From assembly GCF_009914755.1 (NCBI RefSeq), contig NC_060927.1: a DNA stretch of 64,000 bases; one strand, written 5' to 3'. Shown in pieces: positions 40,567-51,697 of the stretch (positions within the stretch are counted from its first letter, which is position 1; every line of letters starts with the position of its first letter). The DNA comes from the human T2T-CHM13v2.0 reference genome, Homo sapiens. Below the pieces are notes generated by a model, which did not search any database, was not told the origin of the DNA, and saw nothing but the letters and a program-made list of their open reading frames with translations. Position numbers and translations under genes: made by a program.

Positions 40567-41374
40567 GAATATTTTCATTCTCTATTTTTGTATTAAAAGT
40601 AATACAAAGAATATCTTAATTGCGGGCCTTAGCAAGAGAGGGGGAAATACCTGAAGCCACATAGCAGCCAAGAAGGCTTCCTCACAAGGAACAGTAGAAA
40701 CTTAGAAACCTCCAGCTCAGCAAGAAGAATTATCACTGGAGGTTTATTTTTGCCAGAAACATTGGATTGGGTTGAGAAAGGAGCAGAGAAGGGAAAGATG
40801 AAAGAGAACAGAGCCAGAAAAATATTATTGCATGGCCTATTTTAGTGTGAGAGACAGGGAAAATGGCTAATACAATCTGAGAAACAAACAATGCAGCTCT
40901 TGACAGTAGTGTGTGATCATAGTACACAGAGTCTAATCAACAGGTACTGAAATTTTAAATGGCTGCTAACCCCATTGCTAGAGGCCTTGCAAACCATAGG
41001 TGCTTATATTTTGAAAGATGAATGTAGTTAAACAGATGAAAAGCCTAGATCATGGTTTCACACAGTTGACATAATATTTAGCTTGTTTATTCACTCTTCT
41101 TTTGGCTGATGTTGTGTCCAGAACTCTTTATTCTTCATTATTGTGTAGGACTTTAATTGATGTCTGTGGTTGCTTTTTGAACATTTTATTCAAAGCCAGG
41201 TGTATGAAGCAGACATGTATACCTTAATTGCTGAGATGTGTATAGTAAATCATTTCTTTGACAGCCTATCAGTGTTTTCTAATGAATCCAGAGCCATTCA
41301 TATAATTTGTCATTTTAGTGGAATCATAGGAATTGGTAGTTTGTGGTCATTTTAGAATTAATTTATTGAGGTTC

Positions 41375-42446
41375 TTTCAGGGGAACCTGCCCCCGATAAT
41401 TCAACATTAATTCACGTAGGTTCTTTTCGATTTCCCTAAGTGTCGGGCAGTCTGAGAAATAAAGGGAAAGACTACAAAAGAGAGAAATTTTAAAGCTGGG
41501 TTTCCGGGGGAGACATCACATGTTGGCAGGTTCCGTGATGCCCCCCTCAAGCCGCAAAACCAGCAAGTTTTTATTAGTGATTTTCAAAAGGGGAGGGAGT
41601 GTACAAATAGGGTGTGGGTCACAGAGATCACATGCTTCACAAGGTAATAAAATATTACAAGGCAACTGGAGGCAGGGTGAGATCACAGTACTGGGGCGAA
41701 ATTAAAATTGCTAATGAAGTTTCGGGCACGTGTTGTCATTGATAACATCTTATCAGGAGACAGGGTTTGAGAGCAGACAACTGGTCTGACCAAAATTTAT
41801 TAGGTGGGAATTTCTTTGTCCTAATAGGCCTGGGAGTGCTACGGGAGACCGGGGCTTATTTCATCCCTTATCTGCAACCATAAAAGACAGATGTCCCCAG
41901 AGCAGCCATTTCAGAGGCCTACCCCTGGGAACGCATTCTCTTTCTCAGGGATGTCCCTTGCTGAGAAAAAGAATTCAGCAATATTTCTCCTATTTGCTTT
42001 TGAAAGAAAAGAAATATGGCTCTGTTCCGTCTGGCTCTCAGGCAGCCAGACCTAATGGTTATCTCCCTTGTTCCCTGAACATCACTGTTATCCTGTTCTT
42101 TTTTCAAGGTGCCCACATTTCATATTGTTTAAACAATTTGTGCAGTTAACGCAATCATCACAGGGTCCTGAGGTGACATACATCCTCAGCTTACGAAGAT
42201 GACAGGATTACGAGATTAAAGTAAAGACAGGCATAGGAAATCACAAGAATATTGATTGGGGAAGTGATAAGTGTCCATGAAATCTTCACAATTTATGTTC
42301 AGAGATGGCAGTAAAGACAGGCATAAGAAATTATAAAAGTATTAATTTGAGGAACTAATAAATGTCCATGAAATCGTCACAATTTATGTTCTTCTGCCAT
42401 GGCTTCAGCCGGTCCCTTCGTTCAGGGTCCCTGACTTCCTGCAACA
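41375..42446 (-). mobile_element. MER11 (probably MER11C) solo LTR of HERV-K11/HML-8
   Basis: Minus strand starts TGTTGCAGGAAGTCAGGGACCC; ~1.07 kb; internal 90-bp tandem unit (42221/42311); TSD GGTTC(T) on both sides. Confidence 0.93.
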
Positions 42447-42849
42447 GGTTCTACATGGCTTTTTGAACAATAAGATTCTACAGGTACATCTAGAAACGTT
42501 CTTAAAACAAAATTAAACTTTCCTTTAGAAGACATCATACACAAGGGTGCTGCCTTCAGGTCACTGAAATATCCAGTGGTGCTCATTGATTTCCCCACTT
42601 TTCCTTTTCCTCTGCAACCTCATATGCAAGCCAGAAAGTTCAGGAGTTGATACTGCCTTGATTAAAGTATCCAAATACTTCTGTGCATAATTTAGATTAC
42701 TATAATGTGAATTATGTGTGTGTGTGTTAAACCTAATACTATATTTTTTAAAAATAGAATCAAGCCAATAAAAATGCAAATATATTTATTTTGGAATATA
42801 AGGAAGAAAAACTGAAAAATAGCCCCAAATATAAACAAATATAGCTAAT

Positions 42850-43602
42850 AAGGTGATGATCACAACAATGTTCATTGTATCAAAAATAAAAACTTCCAAG
42901 TGTCACAAAATGGAGTATTAATAAATCAGGTATTCAATGCCACCAAATACAAGCAGCAGTAAAAAATATGTATGTTATTGAATTTAGGCAAGCAAATATA
43001 TTCCTAGTGTATTGATATACTACATAAGTGGCTTACAAAATTATGAGTATAGTATTGCTATGGTTTGAATGTGTCCCTCACATTTCATGTATTGGAAACT
43101 TAATCCCTAAATTCATATGTTGATGGTATTTGGAGATGGGGCCTTTAAGAATAATTAATATGAAATATGTTCATCAAAATGGGGCTGCCATGGATAGGAC
43201 TGGTGGCTTTATAAGAAGAGGAAGAGAGACTTGACCTGGCTCACTCTTGCCCTCTTGCCATTTGATACCTCCCACCATGTTATAACAGTAAGAAGGCCCT
43301 CACCAGATGTGGCCCCTCAAGCTTGGCCAGCCTCCAGAACTGTAAGAAATCAATTTCTTTTCTTGACAAATTACCCAGTGCTGTTCTGTTATAGCAACAG
43401 AAAACAGACTAAGACAAACATGATATCATATTTTGTTGCAAGTAAATACTGTTAAATATGAAAATATAGTTAGAGACAGGTAGAGAGAAAGACACCAACA
43501 TCTTAACAGTATCTCTGCATGGTATATTGTCAGTAATTGTTTTTTCTTCTCATTCATTTGGGTTTTCTGCAAATAATATGCATTATTTTGCTATTAAGAA
43601 GA
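42850..43602 (+). mobile_element. L1ME-type 3' UTR, split by MST LTR
   Basis: ACAATGTTCATTGTA...; ACACCAACATCTTAACAGTATCTCTG...ATGCATTATTTTGC. Confidence 0.6.
43056..43416 (+). mobile_element. MST (MSTC/D-like) MaLR solo LTR
   Basis: TGCTATGGTTTGAATGTGTCCC...GAAGGCCCTCACCAGATG...AGCAACAGAAAACAGACTAAGACA. Confidence 0.9.
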
Positions 43603-45494
43603 ATGGGAATGGTTACTTTTTATAAAGGGCTTTATTTTCTCTTAGCATTTGGTTTGCATAGTTACGCACTAGAACAAATGATTGACTGTAACTGAAATAG
43701 TAATATATAAATAGCAAGCATGACAGAAACCATTTAAACAATATACCTTGACTCTCACTAAAATCTGGCCCTCAGGTCTATGTCACAAGATTGTATGATT
43801 AATTTAACAGTATTCAATGACTTGCTCCTAAAAAAGTAAAAAAGCCTGTAGGTTAGAGGCTTCATATATTAACTTTGTGCTCTAATACATTGTATTATAG
43901 TAGATTCTGCTCCTCTTGTATTTTAATGCACACTTCTTTTGAAAATTTTTTAAAAAGATAAATAACTTGTGTAACATAAATTTGTAGGTCACACATCCAT
44001 CTGAACCTTTCATTTACCCAAATTACAGAACCATCATGTGTAATTTGTCTCAATTAGTAATTTTATAGTTTGCAATTAACTTTATTGTTAATTGATTCCT
44101 TCTGTAATAAATGTTTGAGGAAGCGAAATGAATATGACATAATTCTTTGTCAAAGACGAAAATTTTAGGCTGAGACTTGAGCAATAACTGCACTGCCTTG
44201 GAAAGACAAGTTTTTTTTTCCTGCCAAAAATTGTCCCCAAGTGACTGATGGAAAATTTGTATCAGCTTTTCATGAAGACTGAAAATTATATTGGTAATTT
44301 TAATATTGTTTTACTTCTTACTTTATATTTTTTCTCACTGAAAATGTTACCTAATTTAAAAAACATTGATGTCTAGGTCTTGATGTACTACTCTCCTTAA
44401 AAAGATGTAATAAATGTGCTTTCTTAAGGAAATATATTTTAGTAACAGGTTGAGGATGCCTGTATAAATTTATAAAGGATTAATTTTATATTATATTGGA
44501 GTCATTCACTAATGCAAATGGTAATTTGAAAGCTTGGCTTGTTGTTGAATCACTGAATATATTTCAGAGTAGTAGTTTGTGTTATGCTCTTTAGTGGTGA
44601 AGAAAAATCTTCAGTTTAAAGACTTCATTATGTTTTTGAATACATGGGAGAGACGGGTAAAATACAATTCGAAAACAATACTAGCAAGTTAGTATGTATA
44701 TTCTTACATAAATGTCTGGAATCCAAAGTAATTTTGTATCCTCTAATTGGTGCTAAAAGCATTTAGAAGTGTGGTCTGTGTTTTTATATTGTGTAGAAAT
44801 TCAAAGACAGGAAAAAATTTAAATTGATATAGTTCAAAAAGGATAAGGAGCTTAATTCCTTTCTCATAAATAACTGTGCCACTGAGTATATCTCTTTACT
44901 CAGCTATTGCTCCTCTCTTGCTTTTTCTGCTTGATTTCTTGCTGTTAATGAATCTGTGTTGGCCCTGGTTTCTGGCAAACTAATGGTTGAGGAGGGTGGC
45001 TAGTGGTAAAGATAAGAAACTTAAAACAAGATTGTGCGGAAAGAGAAATATATTAGTGCTCCAGCCAGCTAAATATATTAGCTGGCTTCCATCTCTTGGT
45101 ATCTTTAAACAATAATTTACAAGGACTGGTGCTGGCCATTGATGATACATTCATTGGTGAAAGGAGAAAAGTAAGGGCAATGTAATAAAGTTCTCATAAA
45201 GCAAACTATATTCTATTTAAAGAACTTTATTTTCTTCTAAGATTATAAAATTTCCTCTTTTCTTAGTTAAAAATATCTTTTTGTGTAATGAAATGATGGT
45301 GTTACTAGAAGAAAGGTAGTTTTGTTTTTTATTTATCATCCAAGGAAAACAATAAGACAAAAATTATAATTTGGCCTCCCAAATATATGTTTTTACATTT
45401 TAATTTTATTATTCTATGAAACACAATAATCTTGGAAGTAGTGTAATAGAAACGAAGAAAAGAAAGGCAGTTCCTCTCTGTATTCAAGTGAAGA

Positions 45495-45725
45495 AGCACA
45501 TCTGGGAACTGCCAGTCACGTGGTTCTAGCCTTATGTATAAGCACATCTGAGAAAATTAGAGCTACATGCTGAGAATCAGAAAAGAGACAGAGAGACAGA
45601 AGTCATCAGGTTTCCATTTTTGTTATCCTCTCTTGATTTTACTTATAGGAAATAATACATTCCTTTTTTGCATGAGATAGTTTCTGCTGGATTTCTGTCA
45701 CTTACAACTGAAAGCATCCAGATGA
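45495..45725 (+). mobile_element. Old MLT1 LTR 3' part
   Basis: AATACATTCCTTTTTTGC...GGATTTCTGTCACTTACAACTGAAAGCATCC. Confidence 0.6.
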
Positions 45726-46433
45726 AGGCGTTTCTGGAAAGGGCAATCTCCAGCTCTCTGTGAAGGGTCCTTGAACATTTTCTTTCAAGAGCAAGGTCTG
45801 CAGTGAGACACAGAAGTGAGATTCTTGACCCAAGTTAAAGGGGCAGAAATCTGAGAAGAGGGTTCAGTTGTGGTTTCTTCTCCCTGCTCCAGGCTGTGTT
45901 GCCTTGGTGTTCTGCCGATGACCTGTAGTTAGTGGAGATCTGTGCTACTTTACCAAATTTCTGATGCTCCATTATCTCTCTGGGTTTCTTGATGCATGCT
46001 TGGTTGACTTCCACTAAGAATAAATATCCTTTTAACGTCCAGCACTCCCTAGCAGTCGGTGGGCAACCCTTGGGTCTCTCTTCAGTCTGAATAAAGCTGC
46101 TTCTTTTGCTTATTCAGTTTGCCTTACAGAGTTTGCTCTGGAACTGAGTTGAAATTTAGCATATTTGTTACCGTGACATAAACACTCCAGAAAATCTCAG
46201 AATTGCAAAATGCCTCTTGGTAATGAAGTTCCCTATCTTGGCTCTTGGTAATGAGGTTCCCATTGCCAAGACAGCATTTATGGAATAGCTTGTGGAAGAT
46301 GAAAGAGAGAGTCATCTTTTAAACACAGCCAATAATGGTGACTCCGGAAAGGCAGAAAAGGAATCTCTGAAGTAGGTGTCCTGGAGTCAGTTGTTGAAAC
46401 AATCCTATTGACAAGTACTGTGATAGACAGAAC

Positions 46434-46533
46434 AAGATACATACGCCAACAGGCATATGAAAAAGTGTTCAACATCACTAATTGTGAGAGAAATGCAAAT
46501 CAAAACCATCTCACACCAGTCAGAATGACTATT
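46434..46533 (+). mobile_element. Isolated ~100-bp primate L1 ORF2 fragment
   Basis: GCCAACAGGCATATGAAAAAGTGTTCAACATCACTAAT...AGAGAAATGCAAATCAAAACCATCTCACACCAGTCAGAATG. Confidence 0.88.
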
Positions 46534-46697
46534 TTGGGGAAATAGCCATTGGGGAAATCGTGGCTCTAGATTTTTTTTTCTGGAAGAATTTTCGTTTGAT
46601 GCAGGGGGTATCTTTTGTCCTTGGTAGAAAGTTTCCCAAGAGCCTTTGAATCTGCAGTTACTGACTTACCATTGTCCTTCCAAACCTTGCAGGACCA

Positions 46698-46870
46698 AAA
46701 GGGGACACAAAGGGGTTTCTGGAGGTGCTAGTAATGGTCTCTTTTAGAGCTGGGTGTTGCTTACAAAGGTTTATTAACTTTGTAAAAGTTCATCAAGCTG
46801 TAGATTTAGGATTTGAGTGCTTTTCTCTGAATTATGTTATACTTCAATACAATTTTACTTAAACAGAAAA
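46698..46870 (+). mobile_element. L1M 3' terminus
   Basis: TTTCTGGAGGTGCTAGTAATG...AAAGTTCATCAAGCTGTA...TATGTTATACTTCAATA. Confidence 0.75.
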
Positions 46871-47029
46871 AATACCTAGAAAGAAGCTTTATTGATATAA
46901 AAAATTAGCAGAGGCGATAGCATTCATAAATTATTGGAAGAGGGATTCAATGAGACAAGAAAAGGCAGAAAGAAAAATGAGACAAGATAGACAATATGCC
47001 GTTGCTACCTCTCATGTCCCTGCTGCAGC

Positions 47030-47235
47030 TCACATTGATTGGGTACCTATTGAATGCCAGGAATATTCTCTTTGCTCTACATGTAACAACACCTCACTTA
47101 GCTCGTGAGTTAAATAGTATCATTTCCATTTTACACATGAGATACTAAGAGTTCAGCCAAGTTATATGATTCTAGGCTCACAAACCTAGGATCTGCAGGA
47201 GCTGGGGGTCTGCCTGGAGGCAGGATTCTTCCTAG
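47030..47235 (-). mobile_element. MIR
   Basis: TTTCCATTTTACACATGAGATACTAAG. Confidence 0.7.
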
Positions 47236-47468
47236 GATATATGTAACGCTTTTTGGTAGTCATAGGAACTCCCTTTTTTCAGGCCTCCAAAAACGCTGGC
47301 ATCTGCTTGCTGTTTGCAAGGGTGAAGAATGGGATATGGGTAGAAAGGCATAGAAAGCGTATTGGAAAATCTCAAGGGGATTAATTCCCATTCCTTCCTT
47401 TGAGGTGGAAATCCATCATCTCAGTGTGGGGAGGCACTGCTGTTAAATTCTCTGCCCTCTGCAAACAG

Positions 47469-47622
47469 CCATCTGTCTGAGAACTCCCTGAAGTGGCTGC
47501 TATCCAGGATGACTGTGTTGCTGCAGTCTTTGAGTGGTTGGAGCGCTGTAATGTCTATGTTAATAGCTGGGAAATCGCAGTAGCAGCAACCAGACCACTC
47601 CAATGGAACAATCCAAGTTGGG
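47469..47622 (+). other. Candidate 154-nt internal exon (non-coding or UTR)
   Basis: Acceptor TTCTCTGCCCTCTGCAAACAG and donor GG/GTAAGT in non-repeat, relatively GC-rich DNA; all three frames contain stops. Confidence 0.3.
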
Positions 47623-48894
47623 GTAAGTTTGATTGAGCAAAAAAGTCATGCTGACTGTGTGATGAAGAGGCAGAACTGGTAACAGTGACAGGCCCTGCAG
47701 TCAGCAGCTGTGGATTTTATGTGCAGGGCAGACTGATCTGGAAAATGGGAAGAGCTGACTGCCAATAACACCTTGGGGGGAGGTTTGTTCAGTGCATCTC
47801 CCTACTCCTTGTATACCTCTGATGACATGCAGAAGCTTAGGAAATAAAACACACTTGTAACATCACAGGGTGCAAGTAAGTACATGTGGATGCCAGTGTA
47901 GAGAGAAGCGAAAGCTAGTTTTCATTGCAAGAATCCAAACAGAGTAACAGGGCTTTGTCCACTGTCTCCAGTCCATGGTTCCCTGGTGTTCCTAGAGTCC
48001 TATTAAAAAAAAAAAAAAAAAAAAAAAACACGGGCTGGACCATAGTTAAACTGCTGCAGCAGAGCATAGATCATCCATCAGTTAGCTATTATTTAGGGGA
48101 GAACAAAGGGATTTCATGATTCCTATCAATAGGAGTTTGCAGACTAGTTAAGGAGATGATGATTGTCAAGAAAAGGCAACCAAGAACTTTGCCCAGTAAG
48201 CGTTAGCATGCCAAATGAGTAATGCGGCCATGAGAACAATAGGAGTGCATCCCTCCTCAGAGGAATAGGTTATCTGCTATGTCGAATCAATTATATTTTA
48301 AGGAATAAGAAAAAAGCTAGGATTGGGGACACTTTAGATTTATGGTCTATGTGTAACAATGCACAGAGTTAAATTTTCTATATCCCACTAAGAAAAATGT
48401 TCTTTTTGTACACAGGACTGTAATTTGTATGTGGCCCTCTGTAGAACCCATCCAAGGCGTTTCTGAAAAGAATAACATAAAATAAATAAAAAATAGTCAT
48501 TATTCAGTGCTGTGGAAGGCTCTGAAGTCTTCTATCCAAAGCATTGAATATTCAGTTAAAAAGTCAGATTGCCTGAAAGGGGCACCATGACTCAGTCTTT
48601 CATAAACACCAGCAACTTCTTGAATTCTTTTATCTGCTCATTGACAATATAAAATCGCCATTGCTCTGTCAATCTGTCATTAAATATTTGGCTCTAATAG
48701 TGATGCCATTTGGGATTTGTGGCATCTTTCACTTTAAATCTTTAAAATAGAAAGTAAACACATTCAGTTTTATCAGCATTTAATTGTACAAGCTCAACAT
48801 AAAAATTAAACGTTCACCTCTAAATCACACTCATCATTTTTCATGAGCCCAGGCTGTTCTTTGTTAGCTCTTTTTGGCTAATTATTTCTAGTAG

Positions 48895-49130
48895 TAATAA
48901 CAATAACTGTCATTTAGTATATGCCTACTATGGGCCAAGAGTTAAAAATGCTTTAACAATATTTATTTCAGTTAACTGCATTTTTCATTTCTGGTTAATC
49001 ATAAATTTATGTAGAATTTTTTTCTAAATTTAGCATTAAAAGACAAATTAACAAGTACCTAGGCCAAATCTATATTTTTCAAATGAGGTCACTAAGGCTG
49101 AAAATGGTTAAGTATCTAGCTTGTAATCTT
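48895..49130 (-). mobile_element. MIR fragments
   Basis: TAATAACTGTCATTTAGTATATGCCTACTATGGGCCAAG; AAATGAGGTCACTAAGGCT. Confidence 0.6.
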
Positions 49131-49199
49131 TTTAACCTTGGATTGTTTTTAAAAGTATGACTTAAACATGACTTCAAAAGCACAAATCAATTGTGCACA

Positions 49200-49655
49200 A
49201 ATTGTCAAAACATAAATAAATTAAGAGTATGACTATAAGGATATTAAAATATTCTATTCAATTAAGGAAATTACATACAAAGCCAACAGTTTAAGAGAAG
49301 ATATATTCAACATCTAGATTTGATAAAGGAAATATTATACAGAATATACAAAGAATGCATTCAAATCACCAACAACAATAATTTTTAGGGACTCCAAGAG
49401 AAAATGGACAAAGAATGAAATTAAGGATGCAGAAAGTTAAGCCCAAATGGATGACAAGCATATAATAAGATATTTAAACTTGCTAGTAAATAGGAAAAAA
49501 GACAAACTATAACAATGCAATATTTTATATCAATCAGATGGACAAAAATTAGAAAGATGAGTAATTATCAGGACTGCTAAGGATGCAGGAAGCTGGAAAC
49601 ACTATGCACTGTTGATAGGAAAGTAAACTGGATTAGCTATTCCGGAAATGATTGT
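49200..49655 (+). mobile_element. Old L1M ORF2 3' fragment
   Basis: ATACAGAATATACAAAGAA...AAAATGGACAAAG...GGACAAAAATTAGAAAGATG...GTAAACTGG. Confidence 0.75.
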
Positions 49656-49974
49656 CACTGTAGAGATGTATTTATATGGCAGCTTTATGACATTGGCTAC
49701 CTGGTAGAATTTAGCTGTGTAAAATTCTTATATTCACCAAGAGACAGAATTTGTATTTTGTAGAAAATACTTATAAGAGAGAAAGGAAGCCATTTTATCT
49801 GTAGTTTCAAACTCTTAACTAGAAATTAAAATTAGAGTTTTTTTGTCAGATATAGTTATTTAGTCCTATATTCCCAGAGGCCAAAGACTATGTTCATTAT
49901 TGTGCATTGAATGTATTTGATACTAATAAATAGCTGTGTATGAATAAGAGAATTTAAAAAATTAATGTAGATGA

Positions 49975-50287
49975 TTTATTTTTATTTTTTATTTTTATTT
50001 ATATTTTTGAGACAAGGTCTCTCTGTCATCCAGGCTGGAGCACAGTGGCACAATCACTGCTCACTGCAGCCTTGACCTCATGGGCTCAAGCGATCCTTCT
50101 CCCTCAGCCCCACAAGCAGCTGGGACTATAGACATGTGCCACCATGCCAGCTAATTTTTGTATTTTTTGTAGAGACAGGGTCTCACTTTGTTGCCCATGC
50201 TAATCTCAAATTCCTGGGTTCAAGCAATCTGCCCATTTTGGCCTCCCAAAGTTTTGGGCTTACAGTCATGAACCACCACACCTGGCC
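49975..50287 (-). mobile_element. AluJ
   Basis: Antisense dimer; TSD TA(G/C)ATGATTT. Confidence 0.93.
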
Positions 50288-51325
50288 TACATGATTTTTT
50301 TAAATCCTAATATCCTACATATACATAGAGTCATATGGATCATCTTAAAAATGATGAGTGAAAAAAAATAGTTCAAATGAGAAATACAGCACAAACACTA
50401 CTCATATAAATAAAAGCAGATGAACACACAACATTACTATATATTTTATAAGCACAACTCAGAACATATATCAAGCTTAATAGAGTATGAGGTGGGGGAG
50501 AAGTTGGATAAAACAGGTGTTCAGAACAAAAGGAGAAAAGAAAGCTTGAGCAGGATTTTAGAATACTTATCATGACTATGTCCCATGCACTATTAGGAAT
50601 GGTTAGCCTAATTCTCTGCACTTGAGGTCCAACAAGCAAACAAAACCACTTCTATTACACAGCTTGTTAGCAGCAAAGGCAGAACTTGAAGCAAAGTTGC
50701 AAGAATTTCTGTTCCTAATTTTATTCTCTTTTTATATTGCATACTGCTTTTGTACTAAATATTTACATAATATATTCATGTGATAAGGATATTGTAATTC
50801 AATTCAAATACATTTATTAAGCAGCAATTATATGTAAAAGATTGATTGTCTTGGGTGTTCAAGGACAACACAGCTAGACGTATAAGCCAAATAAAGCTTG
50901 GCTAAGTTTGGTCTAGTTCAATTTTTTAAAAAAAAAAAAAAGAAAAAGAAATATGAAAAAAAAGCAGTAAAAATAGAAATCCATCTTCACCAAGCCTTTA
51001 AAGCAATATAAATTTATACTGAGGTTCCTGCATACTATAACACACAGAAGGAATTCCTAAAAATGTTCTTTATCCAGCTGTCTACCCAAAGTTCTATCAT
51101 CCTGGCAAACTGCTCTCTCCAAAATTCATCATCTTGGACTCTCTCTGAAACTCCAACCCTTCTCTCTTATACCCTGTTCTCCAACATTCGAATTTGTTTA
51201 GTTTGTCTTCTTCCTAATATAGCTATTTCTGTTTACCATTTTGAGCTCTGGAACTCTAACCACTACTTACCACCAAAACAAAAGACTAGCAAGTAGGTTC
51301 AGGGGAAAGACTATACATAAATACA

Positions 51326-51636
51326 CAGGTCCACAATCTCTTTGGTGCCAGATGTATTTCAGAATTCCAAATTTTTCAGGTTTTAGGAAGAAATTTGGTG
51401 AATAATAAACACCACTAAGGGGACAGGGAAGCACTAATGTAATAATGATATATTATTATTACTGCAACAAGATATATAGTCACACTATATAAGACAGAGA
51501 CACATCAGTTCAGGTCAAGTTTTGCCCCCAAATATATTCAGGATGGCTCAAGTTTTGCTGTCTAATGAATTTTTAAAAGCTTAATTTTTATAGCTTTATA
51601 AATTATGAAATTAAAGATGAGGGAATGTGGTCCTAT
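51326..51636. mobile_element. Old TcMar-Tigger-type DNA transposon
   Basis: Imperfect terminal inverted repeats CAGGTCCACAATC ... GAATGTGGTCCTA. Confidence 0.5.
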
Positions 51637-51697
51637 ACATCAATACTCAAGGATCATATGAGTTAATTTGCATAAAACTCATAGATCAGTGCATATC

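Noticed and set aside
42215-42392. 90-bp tandem repeat
   Set aside because: Intrinsic feature of MER11 LTRs
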